DNA of 64,000 nucleotides from an uncultured Planctomycetota bacterium (lineage in GTDB: Bacteria; Planctomycetota; Planctomycetia; Isosphaerales; Isosphaeraceae). Below, piece after piece: positions 32,339 through 44,246 of this stretch. Numbering within the stretch: position 1 is the stretch's first letter; the number at the start of each line of letters is the position of its first letter. The notes under the pieces are model-generated. The model saw only the letters and a program-made list of their open reading frames with translations, made no database searches and was not told the origin of the DNA. The stretch lies in contig CAWJTV010000020.1 in the NCBI GenBank assembly GCA_963845755.1, positions 224,001 to 288,000 of the forward strand, written 5' to 3'. The position numbers and the translations under genes are program-made.

Positions 32339-32603
32339 GGCCCCACGCTGCGCTCAATTGTATCCGATGCATGATAGGCATTGGTCCAATCGCCCGCGCC
32401 GCTCGACCCTTGACTCGGCAGGGTCTTAACCCGTGGTCGTATACAACCGTGCCCTGTTCGACCTGATGCCGAATCGTATTTCTCTCCTTTCATAATACCC
32501 CAGGCCGCCGAAGCGACGCCAGGGAATTCCCCGGAAGGCCCCGGCGCTGGGACCGCGTCCCAGGCCGGGGTTGCAAAACTCGGGAGCCGCTTCACGGGCC
32601 GAA

Positions 32604-33687
32604 TCAGTACTGGTCGGAACTCACGACTTCATTGCCCGCGCGCGTTGACAGCATCTGATAGACGCCAACCTGCGTGCCTGGCGCGAGCGTATAGAGACCG
32701 CTGCCGCTGACCGTGACGCCTAGCGGATACCCGTTGGCGGGATTGAATTGCCAGGAGCTGATCGACTCCTTGATAAACCGCACTGAGCCGTCCGCGAAGG
32801 CGAAGTTGGCGCCGCCGGGATGGAAACTCGACGCGCCCTCGACCCAGGAGATATCGTATTCGTCCTTGAAGAGCGGGACCTTCTTGAATGCGTTGAGTGG
32901 GTACAGGGTCGTGAAGAGCGAATCACCCGAGACGCAATCGGCCCACCAGTTGTAGCAGTTCGAGTCGTTGGCGCCGCCGTTTGCGGCGTCATTCTTGGAG
33001 AACATGCCGTTGGCCTTCTCGCTGTAGAGGAACGTGTTGCTCGTACCGTCTGTGATCGCGGCGAGGGTTGGGGCATTGAAGGTGAAGACGCCGTTCATGA
33101 CATTCTGGAGGGGCGAAAAGGCCTGCGCAACTGCTCAGAGCAAGCGGGTAAGTGACCGTGCAGTAGAGCAGGGGCTCGGGATACCATTGACCGGCATTGC
33201 CGGTGTAACTCGTGTAGGCGACCGTCAGGTTCGGGTTGTCTCCGTACGCCCCGAAACTGTTCCTCTTGCCGGCGATCTGACCGTCACTGGGACACCATAG
33301 GGCCGCCAGACCCGCCGCGTACACCGTGCTGTTGACGCCGGAGTAGATGCTGCGGCTGAAGTTCATGGAGTTGTACAGCGGCTGTTGCTCGAACTGACCG
33401 AGCATGGCGACGAACGTGCTCGTGTCCTCTACCCATTGGTAGTTGAACATGACGTCGGGTTGCATATTGACGCCAATCGGGAAGGTCCCGTTGACGTCCT
33501 GATAATTGTGGGCGGCCAGCGCGAGCTGCTTGAGGTTGTTGACGCACTGGGCACGCCGGGCCGCCTCGCGGGCCGCCTGCACGGCCGGCAAGAGGAGTGC
33601 GATGAGGACTGCGATGATGGCGATGACGACCAGCAATTCGATCAGCGTGAAACCGCGGCTCGAAACACGGCGAAGCATCAAGCGCAT
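32604..33687 (-). CDS. DUF1559 prepilin-type protein (frameshift near 33115)
   Basis: [61 protein letters not shown]. Confidence 0.93.
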
Positions 33688-33805
33688 GGGTGCGCCTCCT
33701 TGGGATGAGTGACGTTGCCAGGGGTACAAGGTCGGAGAGGACATATCTCTCCGGGTCGATGATCTGGATGATGGAACAAGTTCGAACGATTCCCGATCAC
33801 TCGTC

Positions 33806-34006
33806 TTATTTCTTCTGCTTGGTCTTGATCTCGTCCGCCTTCTCCTGCAGCGCCTTGAGGCGCGAGCGATTCCCGTTCGCGGGGGGGGGCGTCGTGATCG
33901 TCTGCGTGCCCCCATCGTCACAACCGGCGGCACCGAGCATCCCGGCGACGATTCCCAGCCGCAGAAATCCACGACGATTTATGAGTGAAAACGAGGTGCT
34001 TGGCAT
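33806..34006 (-). CDS. Small Tat-type lipoprotein, 66 aa
   Basis: NRRGFLR twin-arginine motif plus lipobox AAGC; co-oriented just upstream of DUF1559. Confidence 0.7.
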   Translation of the reverse strand: MPSTSFSLINRRGFLRLGIVAGMLGAAGCDDGGTQTITTPPPANGNRSRLKALQEKADEIKTKQKK

Positions 34007-35134
34007 GGAAGATACTCGGGTGGAAAGATGACTACCGGCCTGGTCCGATGACCAGATCCCGGACCGATGACGGAACGTTGGGTGCCGATCGCGATCGCGT
34101 CGGCTCGAGAGGCGTCGGAGTGGCTGACTTCGCTCCCGGCTCGGGTCGAGAGCGCCTGGTACACGCCAGGACGAGTCCCGATCTCGCGGCTGTGGATGCC
34201 GCTCTTTGAGGTTGACTCCCGGCGGGTATCTCAGGAAAAAATCCCGGGCAAGGCCGACCATGCGGCGCGATCGGTTCGATCTGAGTGACTCTCCTTGGGG
34301 ATGAGGGTTCAAGAAGCACACTAACGGGGGATCAACCCTCCCTGTGTAGGCCGGTCCTGTCTTTCCGCAATCATCGCAACTTCGTCGAACGCTTGGGGTG
34401 CCTGCAACGGAGGAGCCCCCGCACGGGGAAAGAGTCGCCGACATCTGCTCTCTTCGCGGATCACTACTCCCAGTGCATCGAGGACGAGAGGAAAGTTCAG
34501 GATTCCGAGATCCTCTCAAACCTTCGACCTCGACAGTCGCCTGGGCCACTGGCTCGTTGGCGATCCCAGCCGTAACCTGCGAACGCGCGCACATCATCCC
34601 TTTCCGGGTGGTATCCCGGCTTTTTCTGGATTCGGTTTCCTCGTCTCCAGTCGCGAACGCCCTCCTTTTCCGGGAGTTGCCTTGACTGTCCCAGCACCTT
34701 CCTCTCGCAGTTTAGGATGCCAAAAACATCCCCCACCAGCAGGCTCACGAGAAGAAAGCGCCGATGGATGCTTGAACCGGAATGATGCAGTGTGTGGGAC
34801 GACTCGACGATTACTTACGGACGCGTTGGAACCAGCCTGGCAATACTTCATACCACATTCGCGTGGGGAGATAGGAGAGAGGTCTTCCACGCGAACGGCG
34901 TTGTTTTGTGAACGCCTGATCATACACACGGTCCAGCCCCGTGAATGGCAGATATTGTAGCGGCGCACTTTACCGATTGGAAGGGATTACCAGCGAAATG
35001 TGCCCAGACTCTGCCATCATCAAGTTGACGGCCACGCTTCGTACAGAAATGCGACCGATATCCTAGAAAATTAATCTCAATTCATTAGTATATCGAAATC
35101 GGACGAGCCTCTGGTAAGCGCATCTTGCATGGTG

Positions 35135-35193
35135 TTCGGCCGCAACCCAATCGGGAATCCCCAAGATGCGCGGGGAACAGGGAGCTCACGGAG
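35135..35193 (-). repeat. Heptamer element, internally collapsed copy 4
   Basis: Reverse complement CTCCGTGAGCTCCCTG...GCGCATCTTGGGGATTCCCGATTGGGTTGCGGCCGAA keeps both ends with only about one heptamer. Confidence 0.65.
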
Positions 35194-35384
35194 GAAGACG
35201 CGAACGATGAGATTGGACACGCGAAGGGCACTCCCTGGCCCTGGGTAGGGTGCTCCATGAGAAACAGAACGGGCCGGACGCGGGGATCGGTGCTCACGGC
35301 TGTGCAACGCCGTTGGCGTTTCGTGCCGGCCTCAGGGGGGGCAACTCAAACGTGACACCCTCCAGTGTACCACTCTGATCCCGG

Positions 35385-36260
35385 TCAGGAGGAAGTCCTG
35401 CGAGTCCGGCGGTTGGCGACGTCGCTCGCCGGTACCGTGCGGTCTCCGGCCAGCGGTTGTCGGGATCGGTCCAGGTCCGAAACAGCCGGACTGGCGGAGG
35501 GAGGGGCGGCCGTGATGGTGGCCGTAAAGCCGAACGACTTCTTGGAGACACCCTGGAAGGGATCGCGTGTCCGCACCCATTCCGGCGGGAGGGTCGTGTC
35601 CGGCGAGAAGTCGGCGACCGCGTGCGAGTCGCAGACGCCGCTGGCGCGCGTGTCGAGCACGAAAGTCGCCACCAGGGTGTAACGTCCGACCGGCAAGGCG
35701 GGCGCGGTCAAGGGTGGCAGGTGCTGGTTGCAAAGTTGGCCGCCCGTCCCTTCGACCGTGAGTGGCGGATAAGCCAGTGTCATCGACAGGTCCGGCAATG
35801 TGGCAGGCGTCAGGCTTACCTCCGCGCGGCGGACCCAGGCGCCCGCCCGCCCCTTGCTCCGCACGAAACCGGCCAGCGAGGTATCGAGCGTCAGGGACAC
35901 GGTCCGGACGGCCGGATCCTGGCAGGTGATCTCGAAGTCCTGCACCAGTTGAAAGGTCTCGGTGGCCGTACCGGTGCAACCGAGGTAGCTGTTTGCGGCG
36001 GCCGTCCCGGTCATCGTCGCCACCAGGGTATCGGGTGCCGAGGCGACGACGTCGATGGAGCCTCCCTCCGCCCGGGCAAGTTTGTGGGCATGAGGCGTGA
36101 CGCACGCATGCCTGGTCTGAAGGACAATCGTATAGGAAGGTGCCGTAGGCGCCGACAGCGGTGTGGGCAGGGCCGGCACGACTGGAGGTTGGGCCGATGT
36201 CCCGAAAGGCATCGCCAGGCCCAACAACATCAGGGTCGTCGCGGTTGCCAACCGTCTCAT
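35385..36260 (-). CDS. Secreted hypothetical protein
   Basis: RBS GAGGA, signal peptide MRRLATATTLMLLGLAMP, 291-aa open frame. Confidence 0.75.
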   Translation of the reverse strand: MRRLATATTLMLLGLAMPFGTSAQPPVVPALPTPLSAPTAPSYTIVLQTRHACVTPHAHKLARAEGGSIDVVASAPDTLVATMTGTAAANSYLGCTGTATETFQLVQDFEITCQDPAVRTVSLTLDTSLAGFVRSKGRAGAWVRRAEVSLTPATLPDLSMTLAYPPLTVEGTGGQLCNQHLPPLTAPALPVGRYTLVATFVLDTRASGVCDSHAVADFSPDTTLPPEWVRTRDPFQGVSKKSFGFTATITAAPPSASPAVSDLDRSRQPLAGDRTVPASDVANRRTRRTSS

Positions 36261-36730
36261 CGGCTCGTCCTCCTCGTGTCCCTGGGCTCGCTCGGTCCTG
36301 CGAACGGAAATGATCGGCCTAGCCCACGGTCCTCGCCACGTTCGGCGGTTGCTCGCGAGGCGCCGTCCTCTCTCGAAAGAGGAACCTGGAGTCGGAGCCC
36401 CTGGTCAATTGGCGGTCTCGAGTCGATTCGTTGATGGGATGGGAAACGGGACTCGGTCGTAACGGAGATCGGGGCTAACCTAGAGCCACGGGTTGGGCCG
36501 AATATTCAGGCCCAGCGCGATCTCGTGTAAGTATCGGCGTTCCGGGAGGCCGATCCGTAGGGAAGCTGGAAGATTTCGCTCCACCATTCATCCATGATTA
36601 TCTCAATTCTCGGATTTGGTTTGTTGTGAACGCGTGGATGAACCCGCTAATGAAATCATGAGCGGTCGGACCTCGCCCGATCATCCAGGCGTCCTAACCG
36701 AGTTTGCAGTCACAAAAGCCGTGGTCTCGT

Positions 36731-37550
36731 TCAAGGCCGGGACGACTCGGCTCTTCCGGATTCGGGCGGAACCCGGTGACTGCTCGCTCGGGACACCCAG
36801 GCTCGACGGGGTGATGGCTCCGGCGTGTTCGAGGGGGAGGCACCGTTTGCATCGATCAGTTCCAGGTGGGTGACCCGATTGCGGCCGCCGCGTTTGGAGA
36901 CGTAGAGCGCGCGATCGGCCTCGTCGACCAGCGTGGCAAGGTCCTCTGTCGCCGGGGTCCGTGTCGCCACACCGAAGCTCGCGGTGAGCGCCGGAGCGGC
37001 CAGGCGAAGGACTCGAGGGCAACCCGTTGCCGTTGCGCATGGATGAGAGCCTCGGCTGCATCGGTGTCGGGGAGGACGATCGCAAACTCCTCACCTCCGT
37101 AACGCGTTACGACATCGCTGGCGCGGGAAGAGATCACGAGTTGCCGGGCGATGATGCAGAGCACTTCATCGCCGGCCGCATGGCCGAACGCGTCGTTGTA
37201 GGACTTGAATTCATCGACGTTGACCATGACCACCGAGAGCGGCGACCCCTGCCGGGTCGAGCGCGCGAAGCACTCTCCGAGGATGGTTTCGAATCGGCGC
37301 CGATTGCCCAGGTCGGTAAGGACATCGGTCGAGGCCATCGCCCTCAGGTGGCGGATCACGCCGCGGTACCGGAGGTGCGCCTGGATCAGTCGCGCGACCC
37401 GCCGCTCGGACCTCGCGAGCTCGAGTCCGTACGGCTTCGAGCTCGGCGACCAGCAAGGAGGGCTCAACCGACGGGCCGATTGGCCGAACGTCACCTGCTC
37501 GATCGGGGAGCATGCAATGGATCCTCTTCCACGATGGGTCCACGACGTCG
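36731..37550 (-). CDS. Diguanylate cyclase (GGDEF), frameshifted near 37430 and 36990; start uncertain
   Basis: TDVLTDLGNRRRF, V[N]VDEFKSYNDAFGHAAGD, RASD I-site, RYGGEEF, ADRALYVSKRGGRNRV. Confidence 0.88.
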
Positions 37551-37894
37551 TGGTCGTCTTCACGTTGCGTGAGCCGTCCGGCGTCTTCAAACGTCTGGAT
37601 GCACTGAGGGCGATCTCGGTCCGAGTTTGTGTTGCTCAACTTAACTCTAGCTCGCGATCGCGACTTTCGCACCGGAGTCGCAGTATCAAGGATGCTGGGA
37701 TCGGTCACATCGGGCCGCTTAGGATTCGGGAAAACCACATTTCCAGGCACGATCCGATTCGTTCCGGAGACCGACGCCGCACCGGCGGCCACGTCAGGAC
37801 GACTGTCAAGAGCCGTTGCGGGATGTCGTAGGTGCTCGCAGAGCACTCTACAAAGGACTTCGACAACCGGTGATAGAGCGATGTGGCCGGCGAT

Positions 37895-39310
37895 TCACCG
37901 AGCATAGTGGGACAGGTAGGGGATCCCCACGCCCAGAAGCGTGACGAGGTAGATCAGCCCAAAGACGAATCCCAGGACCCAGAAGTCCCTTCGTGGGATG
38001 AACCCGCTGCCGAAATAGACCGGGGCCGGGCCGGTCGCGTAGGGAGTGATCACGCCCATCAGGCCGATCGAGTAGGCGAGCACCATCACGAACACCTTCA
38101 CGGGCATGCCGGGGAAAGTGGCCCCCGCTGCGATGAGTGCGGGGAATACGACCACGGTGTGGGCGGTCAGACTGGCGAAGGCGTAATGGACCACGAAGAA
38201 GAATGAGACCAGGACGATCAGCGCAACCAACGGCGGCACGCCGGTCAATTGCCGGGACACGCCCTCCGCGGCCCAGGTGACGACCCCCACCCGGTTCAAT
38301 CCGTCAGCCAGGGCCATGAGCGTCGCGAAGTAGATGACCGTGTCGAAGGCAGCCCGGTTCCCGACCACATCGTCCCAGTCGACGACGCGAAGCAACATCA
38401 TCAGCGCCACGACGGCGAGGATCGCGGTCGTCGCGTGAATCCACGTCCCCCCGAAGACCCAGAGAACGAAGGCCAGGAGGATCAACAATCCCATCAATGC
38501 TTCCTGAGCTGAGAACTTCCCCATCCGGACCAACTCGGCCGCTGCCCAGGCCGGGACATCCGGGCTCGAGCGGATCTCGGGCGGATAGACGACATACACG
38601 AGCAACGGCAAGGCCGCGATCAAGAGCCCACCGACCGGCAAGAAACCGAGCAGCCACTGGGACCAGGTGATGTCGAGAGCCATCTCCTTCCGCATCAAGC
38701 CGATGGCCAGGAGGTTCGGCGCCAGCGCGGTCAGGAACATCGAGCTTGTCACAGCCGTGGCGGCAAACGCCGTCCACATCAGGTAGGCGCCGAGTCGCCG
38801 GGCCGTCGGGCCGGGCGACGAGCCATAGAGCGCTGGGATGCCGCGGACGATCGGGAAGATCACACCGGCGCTCCGGCCCGTGTTGGACGGCGTGAACGGC
38901 GCGATGGCCAGGTCGGCGAGCGTCACGGCGTAGCCCAGTCCCAGCGTACTTCGCCCCATCACCTTCACCAGCGAGAGCGCAATGCGCCGTCCTAGCCCGG
39001 TCTTCTCATAGCCAGTGGAAAGCGTCAAGGCGCCAAAGATAAGCCAGACTGTGGCGTCCGAGAAGCCGCTCAGCCCCCACTTGACGGCGTCGGCCGGCTT
39101 CGCGGCGACATCGCCGACGATCATGGCCAGCGTGACTCCGATCATCCCGACAGCGGCCGGCGGCAACGGCTCCAGCACCAGGGCGACGATCACCCCGGAA
39201 AAGAGCCCAAGATAACCCCACCCGTTGCGAGAGAGGCCCGTCGGATGAGGCACCATGACAATCGCCAGCCACACGATGAGGGGCGCCATGAACCTCCAGG
39301 TTGACCGCAT
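37895..39310 (-). CDS. DASS family anion permease (CitT/TtdT-like)
   Basis: KTGLGRRIAL, PSNTGRSAG, FLTALAPN, FASLTAH, TPYATGP; many TM segments. Confidence 0.92.
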   Translation of the reverse strand: MRSTWRFMAPLIVWLAIVMVPHPTGLSRNGWGYLGLFSGVIVALVLEPLPPAAVGMIGVTLAMIVGDVAAKPADAVKWGLSGFSDATVWLIFGALTLSTGYEKTGLGRRIALSLVKVMGRSTLGLGYAVTLADLAIAPFTPSNTGRSAGVIFPIVRGIPALYGSSPGPTARRLGAYLMWTAFAATAVTSSMFLTALAPNLLAIGLMRKEMALDITWSQWLLGFLPVGGLLIAALPLLVYVVYPPEIRSSPDVPAWAAAELVRMGKFSAQEALMGLLILLAFVLWVFGGTWIHATTAILAVVALMMLLRVVDWDDVVGNRAAFDTVIYFATLMALADGLNRVGVVTWAAEGVSRQLTGVPPLVALIVLVSFFFVVHYAFASLTAHTVVVFPALIAAGATFPGMPVKVFVMVLAYSIGLMGVITPYATGPAPVYFGSGFIPRRDFWVLGFVFGLIYLVTLLGVGIPYLSHYAR

Positions 39311-39392
39311 CGTGTGATCGGGCTCCCGGTTTTGAGAGTCACCTCCGTACCGAAGGTCCCAGTTTATTTGATCGCGACGCCGATTCAACCGC

Positions 39393-41923
39393 TCAGAAGA
39401 GACGCGGCCAGCCGAACTGGGAAAAATCCGCGCCTCGGAGCTGGAGATGGAGCAGGGTCTGGCCGCCAACGATGAAGATCGGCACCGCAGCCAGGCAGAC
39501 GACCGTAAGGCCGACAGTGAGCCAGAGGAACCGGACCGCCTGTGCGGGGGATTCGGCCACCGCGTCGAAGGGAGAAGTCTGCTGGGTATTCGACGTCAGG
39601 ACGACCTCGATGACGAGCATCGTCAGTCCCAGAAGCGTCAAGATCCAAATCAGATGATCCGGGGCAAACCACTGCTGGACGTCCTCCTTGATCGGATCGG
39701 GCACCCAACCCCAGAGCCGGACATTGATGCCCCCCAGGCCATCCAACACTCGACCGACGAGCGGCGGGAGACCGGGTTCCAACTGCGTTGACGATGGCAG
39801 GTACTTGAGCGCGGCGAACAACACGATGCTCAGGATCGAAAGTCGCAGGAGAACGGAGATACGAACCAGCCACCGTGGTCGTTCTCGAACCGGAAGACCT
39901 ACCATCGATCGGGCCGCCAGGCCCGCCGCGAAGAGCCCGAAACCACCGATCAGCATCGAGACCTCGATAGGCCCGAGTTCCGCACGGAATCCATCGGCGA
40001 TGTAGGGATGCATCATGCGAATCGACACGAGGCCCACATAGGTCCCCGCGGCCGTTGCCACGATCAGCCAAAACAGACGAAGAAGCCACCCGCGACGGCT
40101 CGTCGCCCAGGGCATACGTCGCCGCGCCCGCTCGAAGTCGTGCGCGACGATCAGTGCCAGTGTCAGACAGGCCAGGCCGGCGACGCCCGCGTCGATCCCC
40201 GCGCGCAGCAGGCGTGCCGAGAGGCTCGGGGTTTGGACGAGCCTGTGATGCATCGCGTTCGAGACCGCTTCTATCGCAACCAGGACGAGCTGCGGGATCA
40301 CCGACGACCCCCAGCCCGGCTGAGCCAGGAGGAGGAGGGCTACCAGAGCCGCCAGCGGCACGAATAGCCAGTACGGCCGGGGGCGCCGCGACTTCGGTCC
40401 CTCCAGAAGCCCACCCGCCCCAATGCCCAGGGTCAGGCCCAGCATCGCCAGGAGCCCGCAGATCGGAAACAAGCTCTCCCGGACCTGGTAGATGGGATCC
40501 CACCCGGAGCGCCACACGAAAGGGGCCGAGTAATCCGTCGGGCCCGGCTGCCGGAATCGGCCCTTCATTGCTTGATGCGACAACTTGGTGCCCAGACCTC
40601 TCAAGGGGCGGCCGAGGTCTGGCTGTGGTGCCGCCGCCGGGTCAAGATGGTCAACGGCAGCACGGCGATCATGGCCGATACCCTGGCCAACCAGAAGGCG
40701 TATCCCCAGCTCTCGTCCCAGAAGCCCGGGTTGGGCTTTCCGATCGCCCGGTTCGTGGTGATCTTCTGCCTGGCCACCGGGTCGGTGCTGGAGGCGGCCA
40801 TCGGCAAGTACCAGGGGAAGCAGACCGGGGAAAATGCCTTGTTTCGCGGCCTCCGGGACGAGTTGGAGCCGGGAGATGTGGTCCTGGGTGACCGTTATTA
40901 TGGATCGTATTTTGATATCGTACTGTTGCAGCAGCGTGGAGTGGATAGCGTGTTCCGGCTCCATCAACGGCGGAAGAGCGACTTTCGCCGGGGTCGGCGG
41001 TTGGGCCAGGGCGATCAGATCGTCAGATGGGACCGGCCGGCGACGTCCGGAGTGGATGGACGAAGCGACCTATGAGAGCGTCGCCGCGACGGTGGAGGTG
41101 CGGATCATCCGGATTCACGTCGAGCAGCGTGGCTTCCGCACGCGGGTGCTGGAGGTGGTCACGACGCTCTTGAATGCGGAGATCTACACCAAAAAAGATG
41201 TTGGGATATTGTATCGCAAGCGGTGGCACGTGGAGTTGGATCTGCGGTCGCTGAAGGTGGTGCTGGGGATCGACATGCTGGGGAGCAAGACGCCGGAGAT
41301 GGTGCGCAAGGAGATTTGGATGGCGCTGTTGGGATACAATGTGATCCGGGCGTTGATGGCGAGAGCGTCATTGGCCCACCGGCGCGAGCCGCGCCGGCTG
41401 AGTTTCAAGGGGGCGTTGCAGACGGTGCAGGAGTTCGGACCAGCCCTGCGGGAAGCGTCGGTGCCGGCTCGGCCGTGGCTCTGGCGCGTCGTCCTGAATT
41501 CGATCGCCGACGACGAGGAGGGCTATCGCCCCGATCGAGTGGAACCGCGACGAAGTAGGTTCCACTCCTCGGCCACGAAACACATCAGCAGCGCGATCGC
41601 CACCACGCGCCAGTCGATCGAGCGCACCCGGCCTGCGACGTCCCGATGCGGATCGACGCGATTGGCTCAGACCTAGGACGGCCCCGGCGAGGATGAAGAT
41701 CAGGAATACGGCCATGACCTCGAGCACGAGGCCCGCTGTGCGCTCCACAGGTACCGGGACGGCACTGGGTGACGTGAGGGCACGAGTCCCCCAGACGTCC
41801 CGCGACCCGCGCGATCCCCGCCGCGACCCCGGCCGCCAGCACCAGGACGATCAGGTTCGCCAGGTTGACCTGCCACCGCCGAGACTGCCCGGCCGAATCC
41901 TCCAGCCCGTCCGTTGTGCTCAT
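39393..41923 (-). pseudogene. Multi-pass membrane protein interrupted by an IS4 transposase fragment
   Basis: N-part (RWQVNLANLIVLVLAAG...IALLMCFVAEEWNLLR, 41551-41923) and C-part (TDYSAPFVW...GWPRLF, 39393-40538) flank the insert. Confidence 0.75.
40539..41550 (+). mobile_element. Internal fragment of an IS4-family DDE transposase (no start, no C-terminus, frameshift near 41040)
   Basis: RARLPE..., V[N]GST, GLGFP, VLGDRYY, YRKRWHVELDLRSLK (Y-2-R-3-E-6-K signature), ends at RPDRVEPR. Confidence 0.9.
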
Positions 41924-42138
41924 CATCACGCCCTCTGACACTCTCCTTCAAACCGTGCCATGACAAATGTAACAAGAGCGGCGGCAATGAGAAAGATGCG
42001 GGATTGGCAAACCCTTCCCGAGGGGCGATCATCCTGAAGGGTTGTCTGCCCGCGCGAACCCCGGGCCGCCGCGCGGTGTCGGGCGGGCGGCAGACCAGTT
42101 TACCCTACTCTCTCGACGAAGATCGGAGTTTCCCTGCG

Positions 42139-42617
42139 ATGAACCGTGGCATCATCGAATCGTTCGCCGCCGGGGCCGAGACGTTACGCCGGGCCGTGGA
42201 CGGCCTGACCCAGGACGAACTGCTTGGCCCGGCCCGGCCCCGGAGACTGGTCGATCCAGGAACTGGTCATCCACGTCGTCGACAGCGACGAGATCGCCAT
42301 CGATCGCATGAAACGAATCCTTACCGAGGACAATCCCACTCTGCTCTACGCCGACGAATCGGCCTACATCAGCCAACCTCCTGCCCCACGAACAATCTCT
42401 CGAGGATGCCCTGACGCTCTTCGAGGTCGGCCGACGGCAATGGAGTCGCGTGCTCCGCAAGCTGCCCGAGGCGGCCTTCTCTCGGATCGGCACCCACAAC
42501 CGAAAGGGCATCCTCACGCTCGCCTGCATGGTCGAGGGCTACACCAAGCACGTCGAGCATCACCTCGTCTTCCTGAATGCCAAGCGCGAGCGCCTGGGAA
42601 AACCGATCTCCTCTTGA
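42139..42617 (+). CDS. DinB family protein (two frameshifts)
   Basis: PGDWSIQELVIHVVDSD...RMKRILTED...HVEHH metal-binding His pattern. Confidence 0.85.
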
Positions 42618-42746
42618 TCACGTGCGCTCGCGCGCTCATTCCCCCGCCACCCAGCCATCACCCATCGAGAAAAACCAACTGCCCCGCGCGAACATTCTGT
42701 CCCATTGGGGTACAACCTGATTGGACATCATGGGGGCGCAGGGCCA

Positions 42747-43320
42747 GTGAACGGCAGCGAGCCAGAATACGTCCGGAGACCACACCTGGGCGACCGGGAA
42801 TCGCGCACGGATTTTGTACTGCGCCTCGTACGCCGAACTTGTTCCGCTGGTTCTGCCGCTTGACGGGCGTCCCGATCGGGCCGCGGACCTGACCCAGGAG
42901 GCCTTCATGGCCTTCTGGGTGTCGCTGGACCGGATCCACTCGGAGGTCTCGCTCAGGACCTGGCTGTACGCGATCGGCCGGAACCTCTGGCGCAAGGAGG
43001 CTCGCGACCGGAGGAATCCCGGGGGACAACTCCCGGAAGTCGTGGTGGACGGTAGCCCGTCCCCCGAGCGGATCGCCCAGAATCAGGAATTCCGCAAGGC
43101 GGCCGAGCGTGCGGTCATCGAGCTACCCGACGACCTCCGTGAGGCGTTCACCCTGCGCTTCTGGCACGAATTCGGCTACGACGAGATCGGAGAGATTCAG
43201 GGCGTGGCCCCCGGCGTGGTGCGCTGGCGGTTCTTCGCGGCGCGTCGGCGATTGCAGGAGAAGCTCGCGGCCTGGGACCCGGAGCGCAACCGGGCCGAGG
43301 AGGATCAACATGTGCGATGA
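42747..43320 (+). CDS. ECF RNA polymerase sigma factor (N-terminus frameshifted)
   Basis: AADLTQEAF, TWLYAIGRN, LPDDLREAFTLRFW..GYDEIGEI. Confidence 0.88.
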
Positions 43321-44246
43321 AAGACTCCCGGATGACGAGGCGGACGATCCGACGTCGCTCGATCGCCGGTTGCGAGCGATTGATTCCGGACCGGTCCCCG
43401 ACGATCTGCTCGTCCGTTGTCTGGGAACGATCCCCGATACGGAGGTTCGACCCGAGCCGCGACAACAAACGTCACGCCCGCTGGAAATCGAGGATCGCGA
43501 CCGCCGCCGCGGCCGTGTTCCTGATCGGCGCCATCGGCTTCCTCGCCCGGCCTCGCCGCGCGGACGCCGCGAGTCTCCTGAAGGCCGTCGAAGCGGCCTG
43601 GACCAAGGTTCCCTCGTCGCATTCCGTGATGCTGATGCGACGGCCAGGCGGCACGCGTCGTGAAGAAACCTGGTTCCTGCGCGACAAGGGTCGGCGTGAG
43701 GAGGTGCGGGACAACGATGAGGTGATCGCCGTGTTTGTCCGGAACCGGCGCTGGGATTTCCGCTGGGACGTTCGGGGACGGATCGTCGCCGCCTGGTTGA
43801 CCGAGTTGGCTACGGGTTATTCTCCGCCCGAGAAGGATGGTCTCGTGCAAAACAGCGAGACATTGCTTCGATGGGCCGAGGAACATCGCGCCGAGATCCG
43901 CGTCGAGCCGGACACGATCGACGGCCGCCGGGCGCGGAAGATCGTACTCCGATGGCCTGGACCACCGAATGGTGGGGCCATGCCGAGGGCGGAGACGATC
44001 TGGTTCGATCCCGATTCGTTTCGCCCGGTGAAGCGTCTCGTCGAATTCGACGACGGTCAGTCGATCGAGACCCGGATCGACTATCCGGCTCCCGAAGCCG
44101 TAGCCGATGACCTCTTCGCGTTCCGGCCGCCTCCGGACGTGTTGATCGAGATCAATGATCCCGACCTGGGGCGGCAGGTCTATTCCGAGGGTCAGCAGAC
44201 GGCGGACAACCCGGACCCGAGCCATCAAAAAGGGGGCGAGCGATGA
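43310..44246 (+). CDS. Putative anti-sigma factor: TM plus periplasmic LolA-like domain (+1 frameshift near 43447)
   Basis: Overlaps the sigma stop codon; TM AAAAVFLIGAIGFL; IWFDPDSFRPVK and IDYPAP...LFAF beta-rich pattern. Confidence 0.7.

Noticed and set aside
36261..37894. c-di-GMP riboswitch near the GGDEF gene
   Set aside because: I could not identify the conserved GEMM core by eye.
4619..40655. Asp-to-Asn pattern as genetic code reassignment of AAC
   Set aside because: AAC encodes conserved Asn elsewhere (NNAG, kinase PGN), and the effect is confined to the GTC-AAC context.
39393..40967. 524-aa ORF as an intact gene
   Set aside because: Its first roughly 140 codons are the antisense strand of the IS4 fragment fused to the host gene's 3' part.
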